Of a DNA stretch of 38,742 nt, positions 1-10,384 are shown piece by piece. Under the pieces are notes generated by a model that was not told where the DNA came from, did no database searches, and was given only the letters and a program-made list of their open reading frames with translations. Within the stretch, counting starts at the first letter, position 1. Each line of letters begins with the position of its first letter. The position numbers and the translations under genes are program-made. Origin of the DNA: Folioceros fuciformis (taxonomy: Eukaryota); the NCBI GenBank assembly GCA_049999805.1, contig JBNGIO010006239.1, positions 7,001 through 45,742 on the forward strand, given 5' to 3'.

Positions 1-23
1 CTCCCGGTTGGCTCTGCCACACT

Positions 24-399
24 TGTATGGTGTAAGGAAGAAAGTTGGCAGTAGTGTTCCTAAGCCCCACCTAGGAATAGTGGGAAGCAGCTGCGAACAT
101 GCTAAAACCTACAAGCACTACTGGTGCCTGTGCAAGGGTAATCGACAATAAGGTTTGTGAAGGGTATTTATCTATTTAGACTCTTCATAGGATTTGCTTA
201 TTAACAAATTTCTAATAAAGAACATGTGCATGAGAGCACTAGACACCAATAGAAGATTCACGAGAATAAGATGTTCGTTATGAGAAGCGAAACAACATAA
301 CTACACACAAAAACTTGTAATCATTTATAAACCTAGTTATAAGTAAACTGATATGGTTTGTTCATTTCAGGGTTTGTAAATAAAAGCAATTCCAATACA
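24..399 (-). repeat. 3' LTR of the copia element (left end approximate: 24 or 31)
   Basis: Minus strand reads PPT TTTGAGGGGA then TGTATTGGA from 399. A candidate matching terminus TGTATGG/TGTAAGG lies at 24-37. Segment 216-357 is similar to 4160-4270. Confidence 0.65.
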
Positions 400-979
400 T
401 CCCCTCAAACCCTATTTGGGACAAAACACCCGTTAACTAGATTGAGCTTCATGCAACCTCCGTCCTTGCGCCAGGACAGGATTATACCCAGAAATTGCTG
501 CCCACTTGTTACAGCTGGCCATTGCAATCCTACTTGCAGCTTGGATCTGATCATCAGCTCATTCGCGTACACGACACAGAAGGAGAAAAGGGGAACTACA
601 CCAATGAGCTGAAAAAGAAATGTAAATGCATGCATTGGTCATATCCGGCGTGTTGCTCCAAGGCGTCGATCTCTAGTGAGTGAGCATCCACCCTCCTCCA
701 TGCAAGCCGGCTTAGGTTTGACTAGCATAAAGAGTTGGAGATTACTGCCTTTAGAGTTGCTTGTGCAACTCTGCTGCCTAACAAAATTTGCAGCAAAGGT
801 AAGATCTACTAATTTATCTGAGCTGCGCTCACATTGCCCTCATTCGATCTCCATAACGATTCATCTAGGGCTTGTTATGATTGCAGGAGTGACACCAAAG
901 ATTGTCCTACATGTCACACATGGGAATTGCTAGATAAAAGGGCATCCACATGCTACAAAGACTTGAGCCACGTCTATGG

Positions 980-2769
980 ATTAGTGACATTACCCACCCT
1001 CTTAAGATAAGTGGCCTTGTTGTTTGAGAGACCTAGAGATGCATTATGCTACTCACGTGTTCCCTTAGGTAGGCCGTTAGTGAGGATGTTTGCGACATTA
1101 AGGGTGGTGTTGACATATTTCAGTTTAATAAATCCATGCTCTACAGTCTATATGATATAGTGGAACTGGATTTCGATATGCTTAGAGAGGGCGTACAGAA
1201 GTGAATTGGCAGTGAGTGCTATGGTTGAAAGACTATCACACTGTAGGAGAGTGTGATCTGATTGTTTCCAGCATATGCCATCCAAAAATTGTCTAACCTA
1301 AGTGATTTCTCTAGCTACTAGGGAGAGGGCACTGTACTCTGCCTCCGTAGAGGAGAGGCTCACAGTTGTGAGTTTCTTAGACTACCTAGAAATTGTTGAA
1401 TCACCAAGTATGAGACAAAATGTAGCTAGTGATTTTCTGCCATCTAAATCCCTTGCCCAATCTGCATCAGATCATGAGGTAAGGATTGTACTGGCTAAAT
1501 GTGAATACTGCACATAGAAGTCTTGTGTGCCTTGTAGATAACGCAATATGCGCTTAACAGCAATCCAATACCGCTTGTCAGGGTCTAAAAGAAATCTAGA
1601 GACAATGCAAACAACTAGTGCAATATCAGGCCGACTCCAGCCTTTAAGATATCATAAACTCCCAACGGCTTCACAATAAGGTACTAAACCCATTTCTGCC
1701 CTCTCTTCATCTATAGTTGGGCACTCCCAGAAAGGAAAGCTTATCCCCAGTTGATACTGGTGTAGATACTGGCTTAAGATTTGTTAACCCAAAATTATTA
1801 AGAAGCTGTTTAATGAAATGTGACTGATGAAAAGTAACCGTTTTACTTGCAGAATCAAAAGAGAACTCAATCCCAAGAGCAAAAGTCAAGGTCCCAACAT
1901 CTGTCATATCCCACTCAAGGGATAGCTTCTTTTTAATCTTTGTAAGAATTTGTTGATCGCTAGCAAAGATAAAATTGTCGTCTACGTATAAGGCTATAAT
2001 GCATAGTTGATTGTTTCTATGCAAGATGTAAACACTATTATCTGCATCAAGGGGTTCAAAACCCAAAGCCCTGAGTTTCTTATGAGCTCTTGCATTCCAA
2101 ATGCGAGCTGATTGCTTCAAACCATAAAAGGACTTCAACAATTCACAGACTTTATAAGGGTCAAGGATGTATTCTTCAAGGTGGAACATGTATATGATTT
2201 CATCGAATGGACCATTTGAAAAATCGGTTTTCGCGTCCATTTGGTGGACAATCAGTTTGTGTTTTACATCGTAGCAGAGAAGCAGTCTCATTGATGTTGG
2301 TTTTACAACGGGACTAAAAGTCTCATCGTAATCAATTCCTTATACTTGAGTATAACCCTTGGTCACTAATCTGACCTCATAACAAGCCATTGAACTGTCT
2401 GGATTCAATTTCAGTTTGAATACCCACTTTGACGTGATTGCCTTCATCCCCGGCGGTAAGTTGACGAGCGTTCATGGTCCATTGGATATTAAGCTGTTAT
2501 ACTTTGAGTCTATTGCCTTCTGCCATTCTACATGCTGTGGACCTGGTAGAGCTTCTTTTTATGTAAGAGGTGTGTCAGGAGGTTCCATAATAGTGGAGGC
2601 AACAGTATTGGCATAGGCCATAAGGTTAGCATGTGTTGGTTTGACTAGGGGTTGAATCAAATGGTGACCAAGAAACAAAAGTGTCCCCTGGTAAATAGGG
2701 AGGCTTAATTCATTCAGATCTAGGTCTATGTTCTCTTGGGGATCTCCTTGGGGGAGTGATATCTAGATC
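980..2769 (-). pseudogene. Copia pol remnant: linker, reverse transcriptase, RNase H
   Basis: Motifs WVFKLKLNPD, LVTKGYTQ, IDYDETFSPVV, YVDD, YCEAVGSL and SDADWA, broken by stops and frameshifts. Confidence 0.9.
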
Positions 2770-4160
2770 TACATGTATTTGCTATTCAACTGGAAAAGGT
2801 ATTGAATAGGTTGCTCTGTAACACAAGCTACAAATCCTTCTGAGATACTAGATGAAGGTGAGATACTAGCTGAAGGAGTCATGTACAATGACCTATATCG
2901 TTTTCAGCTCACAACTTCAGGTCCTAAGGTTTTCATAATAGACTCTCGTTCTGAAGTAAGCAGCACTTTCCTCTGGCACTATAGATTGTGCCACCCTAGT
3001 ATCACATACATGAGACACATGGTCAATACTCCTGAGGTTTATAAGGACCCTATTTAGATCAAAGTTTTAGAAACCCTTTTCTGTGAAAATTGTTAGGTAT
3101 GAAAAATAGCTCAAAAACCCTACAATGACCTAGAGCCTACCAAAGCCTTAGGATTACTTGATGTCATTCACACTGACCTTTGTGAGCCAATGTCCACTGT
3201 GTCTTTTGGCGGTATTGTTTTTTTTTCTTACGTTTTTGGACGAATGGAGCCACTACTACGTTATATGTTTCCTACACAACAAAGACCAAACTTACGAGCA
3301 GTTCCTTGATTATGTTCGTATGGTAGAGACTTAGACAAGCAAAGTTATCAAACATATTCGCAATGATAACGATAAGGAGTACTTGAGCCATGACTTCCAA
3401 TCAAGCAGAAGGGTATCATTCATCAACTAACACTACCTTATCATCTAACTCAAAATTCTAATATCATCCAACTCAAAATTCTAATATAGAAATATATAAT
3501 AGGACCTTGTAGGAGCGCTCTCGAGCGACCTTATCCCTTGCCGGCTTGACCAATAGATAATGGGCAGAGGCAAGTTTCAGCTGTGAATTATGTCGAGAGT
3601 AGATTACGTGTGAAACCATGTGAATTATGTCCAGAGTAGATTACTTGTGAAACCACATTTCAATTATACACCTTTTGAAAGGTGGACTGGACAGAAGCCA
3701 AGGATAAATCACTTGCATACATTTGGAGCTGCTGCATATGTTCACGTGCCTGAGGCTAATCGAGGTAAAATGGACGACTGTGCTACTAAACACATCTTCA
3801 TCGGCTATTCTGAGTTCTCCAAAGGCTATAAGCTGTTTAATCCTTACACTTGTCAGCTAACTCTTGCACCTAGTGTAAGCTTTAACGAAAGCTTCATTCT
3901 TAATCACCAGCTGAAATCTATTTCAAGTCATGAGCCTTTGTCAAAACCATCCATTTATGGCTACATGCTATTTGATCTTGAAGCCAGCATTTTTGATGAT
4001 TCAGACATCTCACTTTTCCCAGATATGTGAGATAGTACAGCTGTCCCTCCTCAACAACCAGCTCAGCCACTTGAAGCACCTGCAGCAATTTTACCTTTAG
4101 ACATTGATCCTATTATCCAAGATTTGTAGCCAGTCCCTATGGTAGACAAATCTGATCCCT
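2770..4160 (+). pseudogene. Copia GAG-pre-integrase / integrase / SH3-like remnant, in opposite orientation to RT
   Basis: Plus-strand LWHYRLCH (~2972), LDVIHTDLCEPM (~3155) and ORF 3620-4030 (TPFERWTGQKP..LHTFG..AYVHVP..IFIGYS..KGYKLFNP). Confidence 0.88.
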
Positions 4161-4270
4161 AAAGAACATGTGCACGAGAAGATTAAGGAGAATAAGATGC
4201 GAAACAGGGTAAGTACACACGAAAACTTGTAACCATTTCCAAACCTAATTATAAGTAAACTAATATGACA
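4160..4270 (-). repeat. Partial 5' LTR-like segment
   Basis: Diverged direct repeat of 216-357 (taaagaacatgtgca...aaacttgtaa...aacctaattataagtaaactaatatg), ending in CA at 4270. Confidence 0.7.
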
Positions 4271-4941
4271 ATAACACTACGAGCTACGAGGGCCCGCTGG
4301 TTTCCAGTAACGGTTGAGACGTGCGAGACTGTGCTTTACGTGCACTTGGGTGGACTTTGAGTTGCCTTTTAGAGCAAGCGACATTCAGACATATCCGAGT
4401 GCGTCGATGCCGGCATGAAGCTCGGTGAGTAAGCTCTTCAAATGCTTACCTGAATTGCATACCACGTACTGTATGTACATACATACAGTAAGCGTGCACA
4501 AGGGTGAAGATATCTCGATCTCGGGCAGGTGGAATAGGCGTACAATTGAATCCAAGTTTCACAAATGTCATTGGTCGGGAAAATGCCAGCTGAGATTTTT
4601 GCAAGCGGATAGGCTTTGGCAGGCCACGTCGAACTCTCAAATCCAGTTGTCCAATCCCCGTAAGGGCGGCACGTTTCCCCTCCTGAACGGAATCAGCAGC
4701 CAAGCAAGCATGGAGAGGCTCCCAGGCAACGACGACCCACTTCTCTGTCCACGCTCGGAGGTCACCGAGTGGCGTGCTCCAATCTGCCCTCCAATCGGGC
4801 GTTTGGAGTGCCGTTTACGAATGGCAAGTAGTTGAGGAATCCGCATCTGCCGATCCACTGAATTGCAAGGTGAAGTACACGGTGCCGGTTTCCGGGTTCG
4901 ACACGGTGGCCTGCTCGCCTGTGTCCCGATCCGAAGCCAGC

Positions 4942-7422
4942 ATGAGCCTGCTGGCCTTCTCCAGCAGGAGCAGCGATCTGGGCGTGGGGCTGGATACGAG
5001 ATGGCGGCAGGAACAATGCGGATGCGGGAGTAGAAACTCCTGGACGCTGCGTGCGCGGGTGGTGGGGAAGGCTTTGAGCACCGGCAGTACGACGCAGGCA
5101 GGAAGCGCGGCAGCTGCACAGATTGTGAGCAGTGCCGGAGCTGCCGGTTGCCCATTCACCCAGCTCACCTCCCGCCTCGCGGGGCAATCTTCTCCGACTC
5201 CGAGTCCTGGGTCTGCACCGGCAGCACCCGATGGCTTGCCCATCCCGGGGCCGCATCCTTTCAGCCTCGATTCCTTCGTGGATGTCAGTCGTATCTTTTT
5301 CCACGGGCTGCATGAAGCCATGCTGTGTTTCTCGCTTAAGTACGGGCCGATCTGCAGGTGGAAACTGGAACCGTGGGTGCCGCTGAGCAATTTCTGGCAG
5401 GGCAGTTTTTCAATCCTTTGCCTGGTGGGCGGGAAGGTGGGTCCTTGCTCTGACCGTCCTCTTCCTTCACTTCCTCCTGCAGATTCGCCAATCCAGCCTC
5501 TTTGAACAATGCAACGAGCTGGGTGTTTCTCAACTCCCCTGACTTTATCCAGCATGTGTGTGCCACGAACGTCCGGAACTATGGCATGCGCTATCTCCCA
5601 GTGAGTCCCGGTTTGGTCAGGGAAATATTTGTCAGCTCGTGTCACCCACAGGTGTCCATTACTGATCGTGCCGGATTGCGTCAGGACATTTACAAGTACG
5701 TGACCCACGAGAAGGGGATTCTTGGGTCCCAGGGAGACTACAATGCCAAGCACAGGAGGCTGTGTCAACCGCCCTTCCGCAGCAAGGCGCAGCTGCACAA
5801 GTTTGCTCAGGTGGTGGTCGCCAGGTACAGCGCTGTTGTATTGTACTCTATTCTATAATTTGTATTTTATTCCTCAAATCACGCGTGCCCGTAGTCGGAT
5901 CTTGTCACAAACGATTGATGGTTTCATGCAGGTCAGTTGAGCTGGCCGACATATGGGAGCACAATGGTGGTGCGGGATTCTGCACGGATATGGCAACGCA
6001 AACGCAGCGGCTCACTCTGGACATCGTTGGCTTGGTGGCCTTCAATCACGACTTCAAGCAGACGGAGCGCATTCAGAGGGACATGTCCGGGGCTGCCAAC
6101 GATCACCGGGAGGGCACAGACCGTCTCTTGTGGGCGGTGAACACGTTTGGGGAAGTCCTCGCTGAGGTGGGTTGCTTCTGCCGTGCAATTGCGAGGTTTG
6201 AGGGCTGCGGTGCCTGGAATCCGGGGAATGGGTGGTGACCGCGGTGGGCTGTGTTTACAGGTCTTCATCACCCCGTTGCCCGTGCTCAAGTTTCTGGGGC
6301 AGATCGGGTTCCCACAGCTACGCATGCTTGAGGAGTCTGTGAAGACCATGAGGGAGTCTATGTTGGAGGTCATACAGGTAGGTGGGTCTGTGCCACACTG
6401 GTTTTTTCTGCTCGCGAGGCCATGCCCTGGACGCGTATTTGGTCTGGCCCCTTGTCCTTACCGGGAATCGGATTGAGCCTTGCTTGTGATGATTCTGCAG
6501 GAGCGTCGAGAGGCTCTGGCGGCCGGTGCCGCCCATGACGATTCTCTGCTGGGCGTGCTACTGCAGACGGTTGATGAGGATGGCAGCCCTATGACTGATG
6601 AAGAGCTGTGGGAGGATGTTCATGACGTCATGGGGGCGGGTCATGAGACAACAGCTACAACAACAGCAGCAGCCCTGTACTGCATATCTGGTACTACGAC
6701 CGTTTCGAGCTCTCGCTTGCAGTCATTTTGTCACCGAAGCTATGGCATAACACGGTGGTGTTGTCAGCACATCCTGAGGTTGAGTGCAAGGTCGCAGCAG
6801 AGCTGGACACTGCGTTGGCTGGCCGCCCTCCTGCATACGAGGACTTGGAGCGACTGCCATACCTCACGCAGTGCGTGAAGGAGACCATGAGGTTGTATCC
6901 AGCCATACCAGTGTTTCCACGGGAGGCTAAGGAGGACGATGTGCTGCCCTCCGGACACCCCATCAAATCAGGTGGGCGCAGCAGGGAAAGCATTTTCTGT
7001 CTGTCCATCGTTCATTCCCTCAACACAGCACAACGTCGCGCTAATTGCCTTAACGTTGCGCTGTGCTGGTGGCAGGTGACGTCGTGTTTATGTCATCCTA
7101 CGCGATCGGACGCTGCCCTCGGATATGGGCTGATCCTCTTACCTTCGATCCTGACCGATTCTCGCCTACAGCCAGAGCCCAACACCATAAATTCCAATGG
7201 CTACCTTTCGGGGCGGGCCCTCGTATGTGTCTGGGGGCCTCCTTTGCTCAGATGTCTGTCACGCTCATGGTAGCCACACTATTGCAGAGATTCTCTTTCA
7301 AGCCGTTGCACCCTACCAGCCAATTGATTCCGGTGCAGTATGACATTACTATGAACTTCAATGGGTCCAAGGGACTAAAGATGGGAGTTGAACCCAGATT
7401 TTTAGCGACTGAAGCTCGGTGA
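4942..7422 (+). CDS. Cytochrome P450, 8 exons, with a Ser/Ala/Arg-rich N-terminus resembling a transit peptide; possibly an algal/non-seed-plant clan such as CYP747 or CYP746 (unverified)
   Basis: Exons ~4942-5357, 5483-5600, 5685-5824, 5932-6166, 6261-6377, 6501-6690, 6768-6971, 7076-7422, joined at GT-AG. Motifs: PIPGP hinge, I-helix AGHETT, ExxR (KETMR), FDPDRF and heme motif FGAGPRMCLG. Start codon inferred. Confidence 0.93.
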
Positions 7423-8288
7423 CTCTCTGTGGTAGGTACCAAATTTTAGTGGCAGGTCTAACCTGTGACCACGAGACCTGGCAATGTGGTAGGGATGATG
7501 TGGCCATGACTGAAGGGCGCCAAGGACATCGCATGAATGTGGAAGACCTGGAGTGATCTACGTTATATGCCCTGGACTTTGCTAGAACCTTCTGTCTGAA
7601 ATTGCAGGTGGGTTGCTCGTTCCTATGGTTTGTGGAATTTGGACAGTTTTTGTTGTACTGACGATAACAGTCCTCATCTATCTGCTTTGTGACAACAGGG
7701 ACCGTGACCTTGTGGAAGGGAGACAGAGTCTCGGAAATGTGCATGGTTCAGCAACAGAGGCATGACAGGATTCTGTGACTCAATACAGTGACTCTGGCAG
7801 CATGGCAGCAAAATATTGTGCTTTCAATAGAGCCTTTCAAGTCAAGATGTAGTGTACAATTGACACAGAGAGATTACAGGTCCATGGCTCTCCTGTTTAG
7901 ATCAGCCTAGTATGAATAGGAAACATCCCGAATGGTTAGTATTCGGCGTGAGATGATGCATTGCTCAGTAATTATGAACACAAGGCTTGAGAACATCCTG
8001 TTAAACGCAACATCGTTATTCAACCCCTTCATGGTGGTGATATCTTACATTTCTTCACGATGTGTTTGAGCTTTCTTTCCACTGATGCTCAAGAATAGGT
8101 CTCCATTCCTGCCACCGGCCCAGAAAATCATACCCCATTTGTCAGCCAGAGCACTTTGCAGGGCGAAAAGGGAGATTGGACTGGTCCAACCCTCAGTCTG
8201 CTTAAAAGACTCCGACCTGTCGTTCTATCCTGGATTTCAAACGTCATATTAGACAATAAAAATTCTTTATTTCTCACTCACTGTCAAC

Positions 8289-8293
8289 GGGGG

Positions 8294-8339
<46 letters not shown>

Positions 8340-8361
8340 GGATCGAAACCCGGCGTCTCCA
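8289..8361 (+). tRNA. tRNA-Ala(UGC)
   Basis: Cloverleaf GGGGGTG-TA-GCTC..GAGC-G-CGCGC-TTTGCAT-GCGCG-AGGTA-CCGGG-ATCGAAA-CCCGG-CGTCTCC-A. G3.U70 Ala identity pair, upstream CAA, T-tracts from 8387. Confidence 0.96.
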
Positions 8362-8865
8362 ATAATTGCTGTAACTCAATCAGGCATTTTCTTTGGATTT
8401 TTCTTTTTAATTTACGTTTATTTGAGATGAACCACCGGCAATGGGCCGCCGTCCATTCCACAGTCCTCAACATATCCACACTTCGATGAGGGTCATATAT
8501 CCCCAAGTGTATGGCCAGCGGGCCATTTGTTATTAACATCGTGCCCTTCGCGGATATGGGTTGTCAGTTGTTCGTTGTGTCTGCTCAATGGAAGTCATGC
8601 AATCCTCTCGGAGGTTATGGAAAGGAGAAAATGTTGAGGTTTGGTCAGGCGTGGCATGCCTTCAACATCGGCGCCCCGCCGTCCTTCACATTCACGCCGT
8701 CCTTAGATATAAAGCTTGCCAGTCGGCATTTTTCTTCCTCCAACGGCCACATCCTCTTTGAGGGGACCTTGAAGAAGAGCGACCTGGTCTTGTTACGGAG
8801 GGGCCTTTCACACTTTCACAAGAATGTCGAAAACGGGCTTAAGGCTCTGTCGGGCATACTTATAT

Positions 8866-8914
8866 ATCCCATATTGGTGAGGACAATTGACTGACGCCAA
8901 GTGAGAGTATATAA
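8866..8914 (+). promoter_or_regulatory. Plant snRNA promoter (USE + TATA) of U4
   Basis: ATCCCATATTG at 8866-8876 (USE consensus RTCCCACATCG) and TATATAA at 8908-8914. The ~31-bp spacing is the longer, Pol II-type arrangement. Confidence 0.85.
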
Positions 8915-8937
8915 GAGCGCCCCCACACTGAACATTT

Positions 8938-9082
8938 ATCTTTGCGCTTGGGGCAATGACGCAGTTAGTGAGGTCACACCGAGACGCGTCAATTGCTGGT
9001 TGAAAACTTTTTCCAACCCCCCTTAGTGGCCTGCAAGGGCCACTAAGAATTTCTGGCAGGTTCGCTCCCGAGCTGAACCTAA
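8938..9082 (+). ncRNA. U4: U4 spliceosomal snRNA
   Basis: Begins ATCTTTGCGCTTGGGGCAATGACGCAG and contains TTGCTGGTTGAAAACT (plant U4 U6-pairing regions). Hairpin CTTAGTGGCC..GGCCACTAAG, Sm site AATTTCTGG (9048-9056), terminal hairpin AGGTTC..GAACCT, and USE/TATA upstream. Confidence 0.95.
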
Positions 9083-9883
9083 CAAATGAATCCCAAAACG
9101 GATGAAATGCCCTCAGGACCCCGACAAAATACGGGCCTGTCGCACTGTCCGTCAGCGGGTCAGGGAAAGGCCACGAGATGTCACCTTGAACATTGAAAAC
9201 TCTGTTTGATGTATGCTGATCTGTGAGCTCCTCATTTCATGGCCTTCCTTTCACATTCTGAGAGCACCTTCCGTGCTCACCGGGCTCACCTGAAATAACC
9301 AGTTGAGGAGGGTGACCCGGTTCTGTAAGATTTCAGTATGCTGACTGACGTTGGCAGAAAGGAATTTTCCAGTGGCACAGCATCGTGCCATTAGCACCTC
9401 CTTGACCACATGTCCAGCGTCGAGCTGTTTGTCAAGCAAGTCCGAGATCATATGCCTGAAAGAAGGCGGCATCCGACAAATGACACGCTGTATTGTTTTC
9501 CGTAGGGACTACAACATAAATGCGAGGAAGACGGCAAGGTTGGAGGCCAAACCCCCCCTGTCAATATCGGTCCGTCTGTAATACTTATACCCAACTGACG
9601 GTGCACGTTCTCAAAAGAGTGCAACTAAACTTTCAAGCTCCTGGCTACAGCTCTCACCACAAGGCCGAAACGGAATCCGGCGTTTTCTGTGGCTATGCAA
9701 CCGATTTGGCGTTCAGCTGGCCTTGGAAGCCACATTGCACATACTGACGCTCCCATGCCGTATGTGGGATCGTCTTTCAACTANNNNNNNNNNNNNNNNN
9801 NNNNNNNNNNNNNNNNNNNNNNNNNNNNNNNNNNNNNNNNNNNNNNNNNNNNNNNNNNNNNNNNNNNNNNNNNNNNNNNNNNN

Positions 9884-9957
9884 CGATCCCAGACACCCAG
9901 ACCCGATCCCAGACACCCAGACCCGATCCCAGACACCCAGACCCGATCCCGGACACC
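9884..9957. repeat. 20-bp tandem repeat (CGATCCCAGACACCCAGACC) running into an assembly gap
   Basis: Three perfect copies plus a partial copy directly after the gap at 9784-9883. Confidence 0.9.
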
Positions 9958-10384
9958 GAAACTCGAGGTGTGGAGGATCAGGCTGCACATCACAGGAGGT
10001 GCCCACGTTCCAAGGTTCAAAGATCCTGATGTACATGCGCATCTCCTCGCCTGAGAAGCAGCAGGTGCGAGCTGCCTTGGACCAAAGTCACATAGCCCTG
10101 ACGACTTTTTCAAACACAATGCTTCAAAAATTGGTGACCTGAACTGTGCATCCTTTGTCGAGGGTCGCAGCAGATGGAATCAGCATCCGACGTTCCATTT
10201 TGAAAGGTTTATCTGCAGCAGACTCACATGCTGAAATAAGGATGGGAAACACTACGCGACTTCTGTGTCAAGAGTGAAAGCTTTAAAGTTGTTGGTGCTA
10301 CTCAGTATAGCCTCCTTGTGTAAGCTGGTTTGCCCTCATTTGTTTTGCTGAGAACCCATCTCGATCAAAAATAGTGGCAATGAT

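Larger units (their letters stand above)
24..4270 (-). mobile_element. Degenerate, rearranged Ty1/copia LTR retrotransposon (gag/protease missing)
   Basis: Minus-strand RT with copia motifs (HQMDAKTDF, LLKSFYGLKQSARIW, IALYVDDNF; ORF 1707-2291) and RNase H remnants (SDADWA, SSTEAEY, KHIEIQFH) at ~980-1500. Polypurine tract at 400-409 abuts a TG-starting LTR. Integrase block at 2770-4160. LTR-like segment repeated at 4160-4270. Many stops and frameshifts. Confidence 0.9.

Noticed and set aside
4637-5798. Several long antisense ORFs over P450 exons 1-3
   Set aside because: GC-rich shadow ORFs; the plus-strand spliced P450 explains the region.
9884-9957. Regular 20-bp repeats as a possible CRISPR array
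   Set aside because: Head-to-tail repeats with no spacers, a eukaryotic context and no cas genes.
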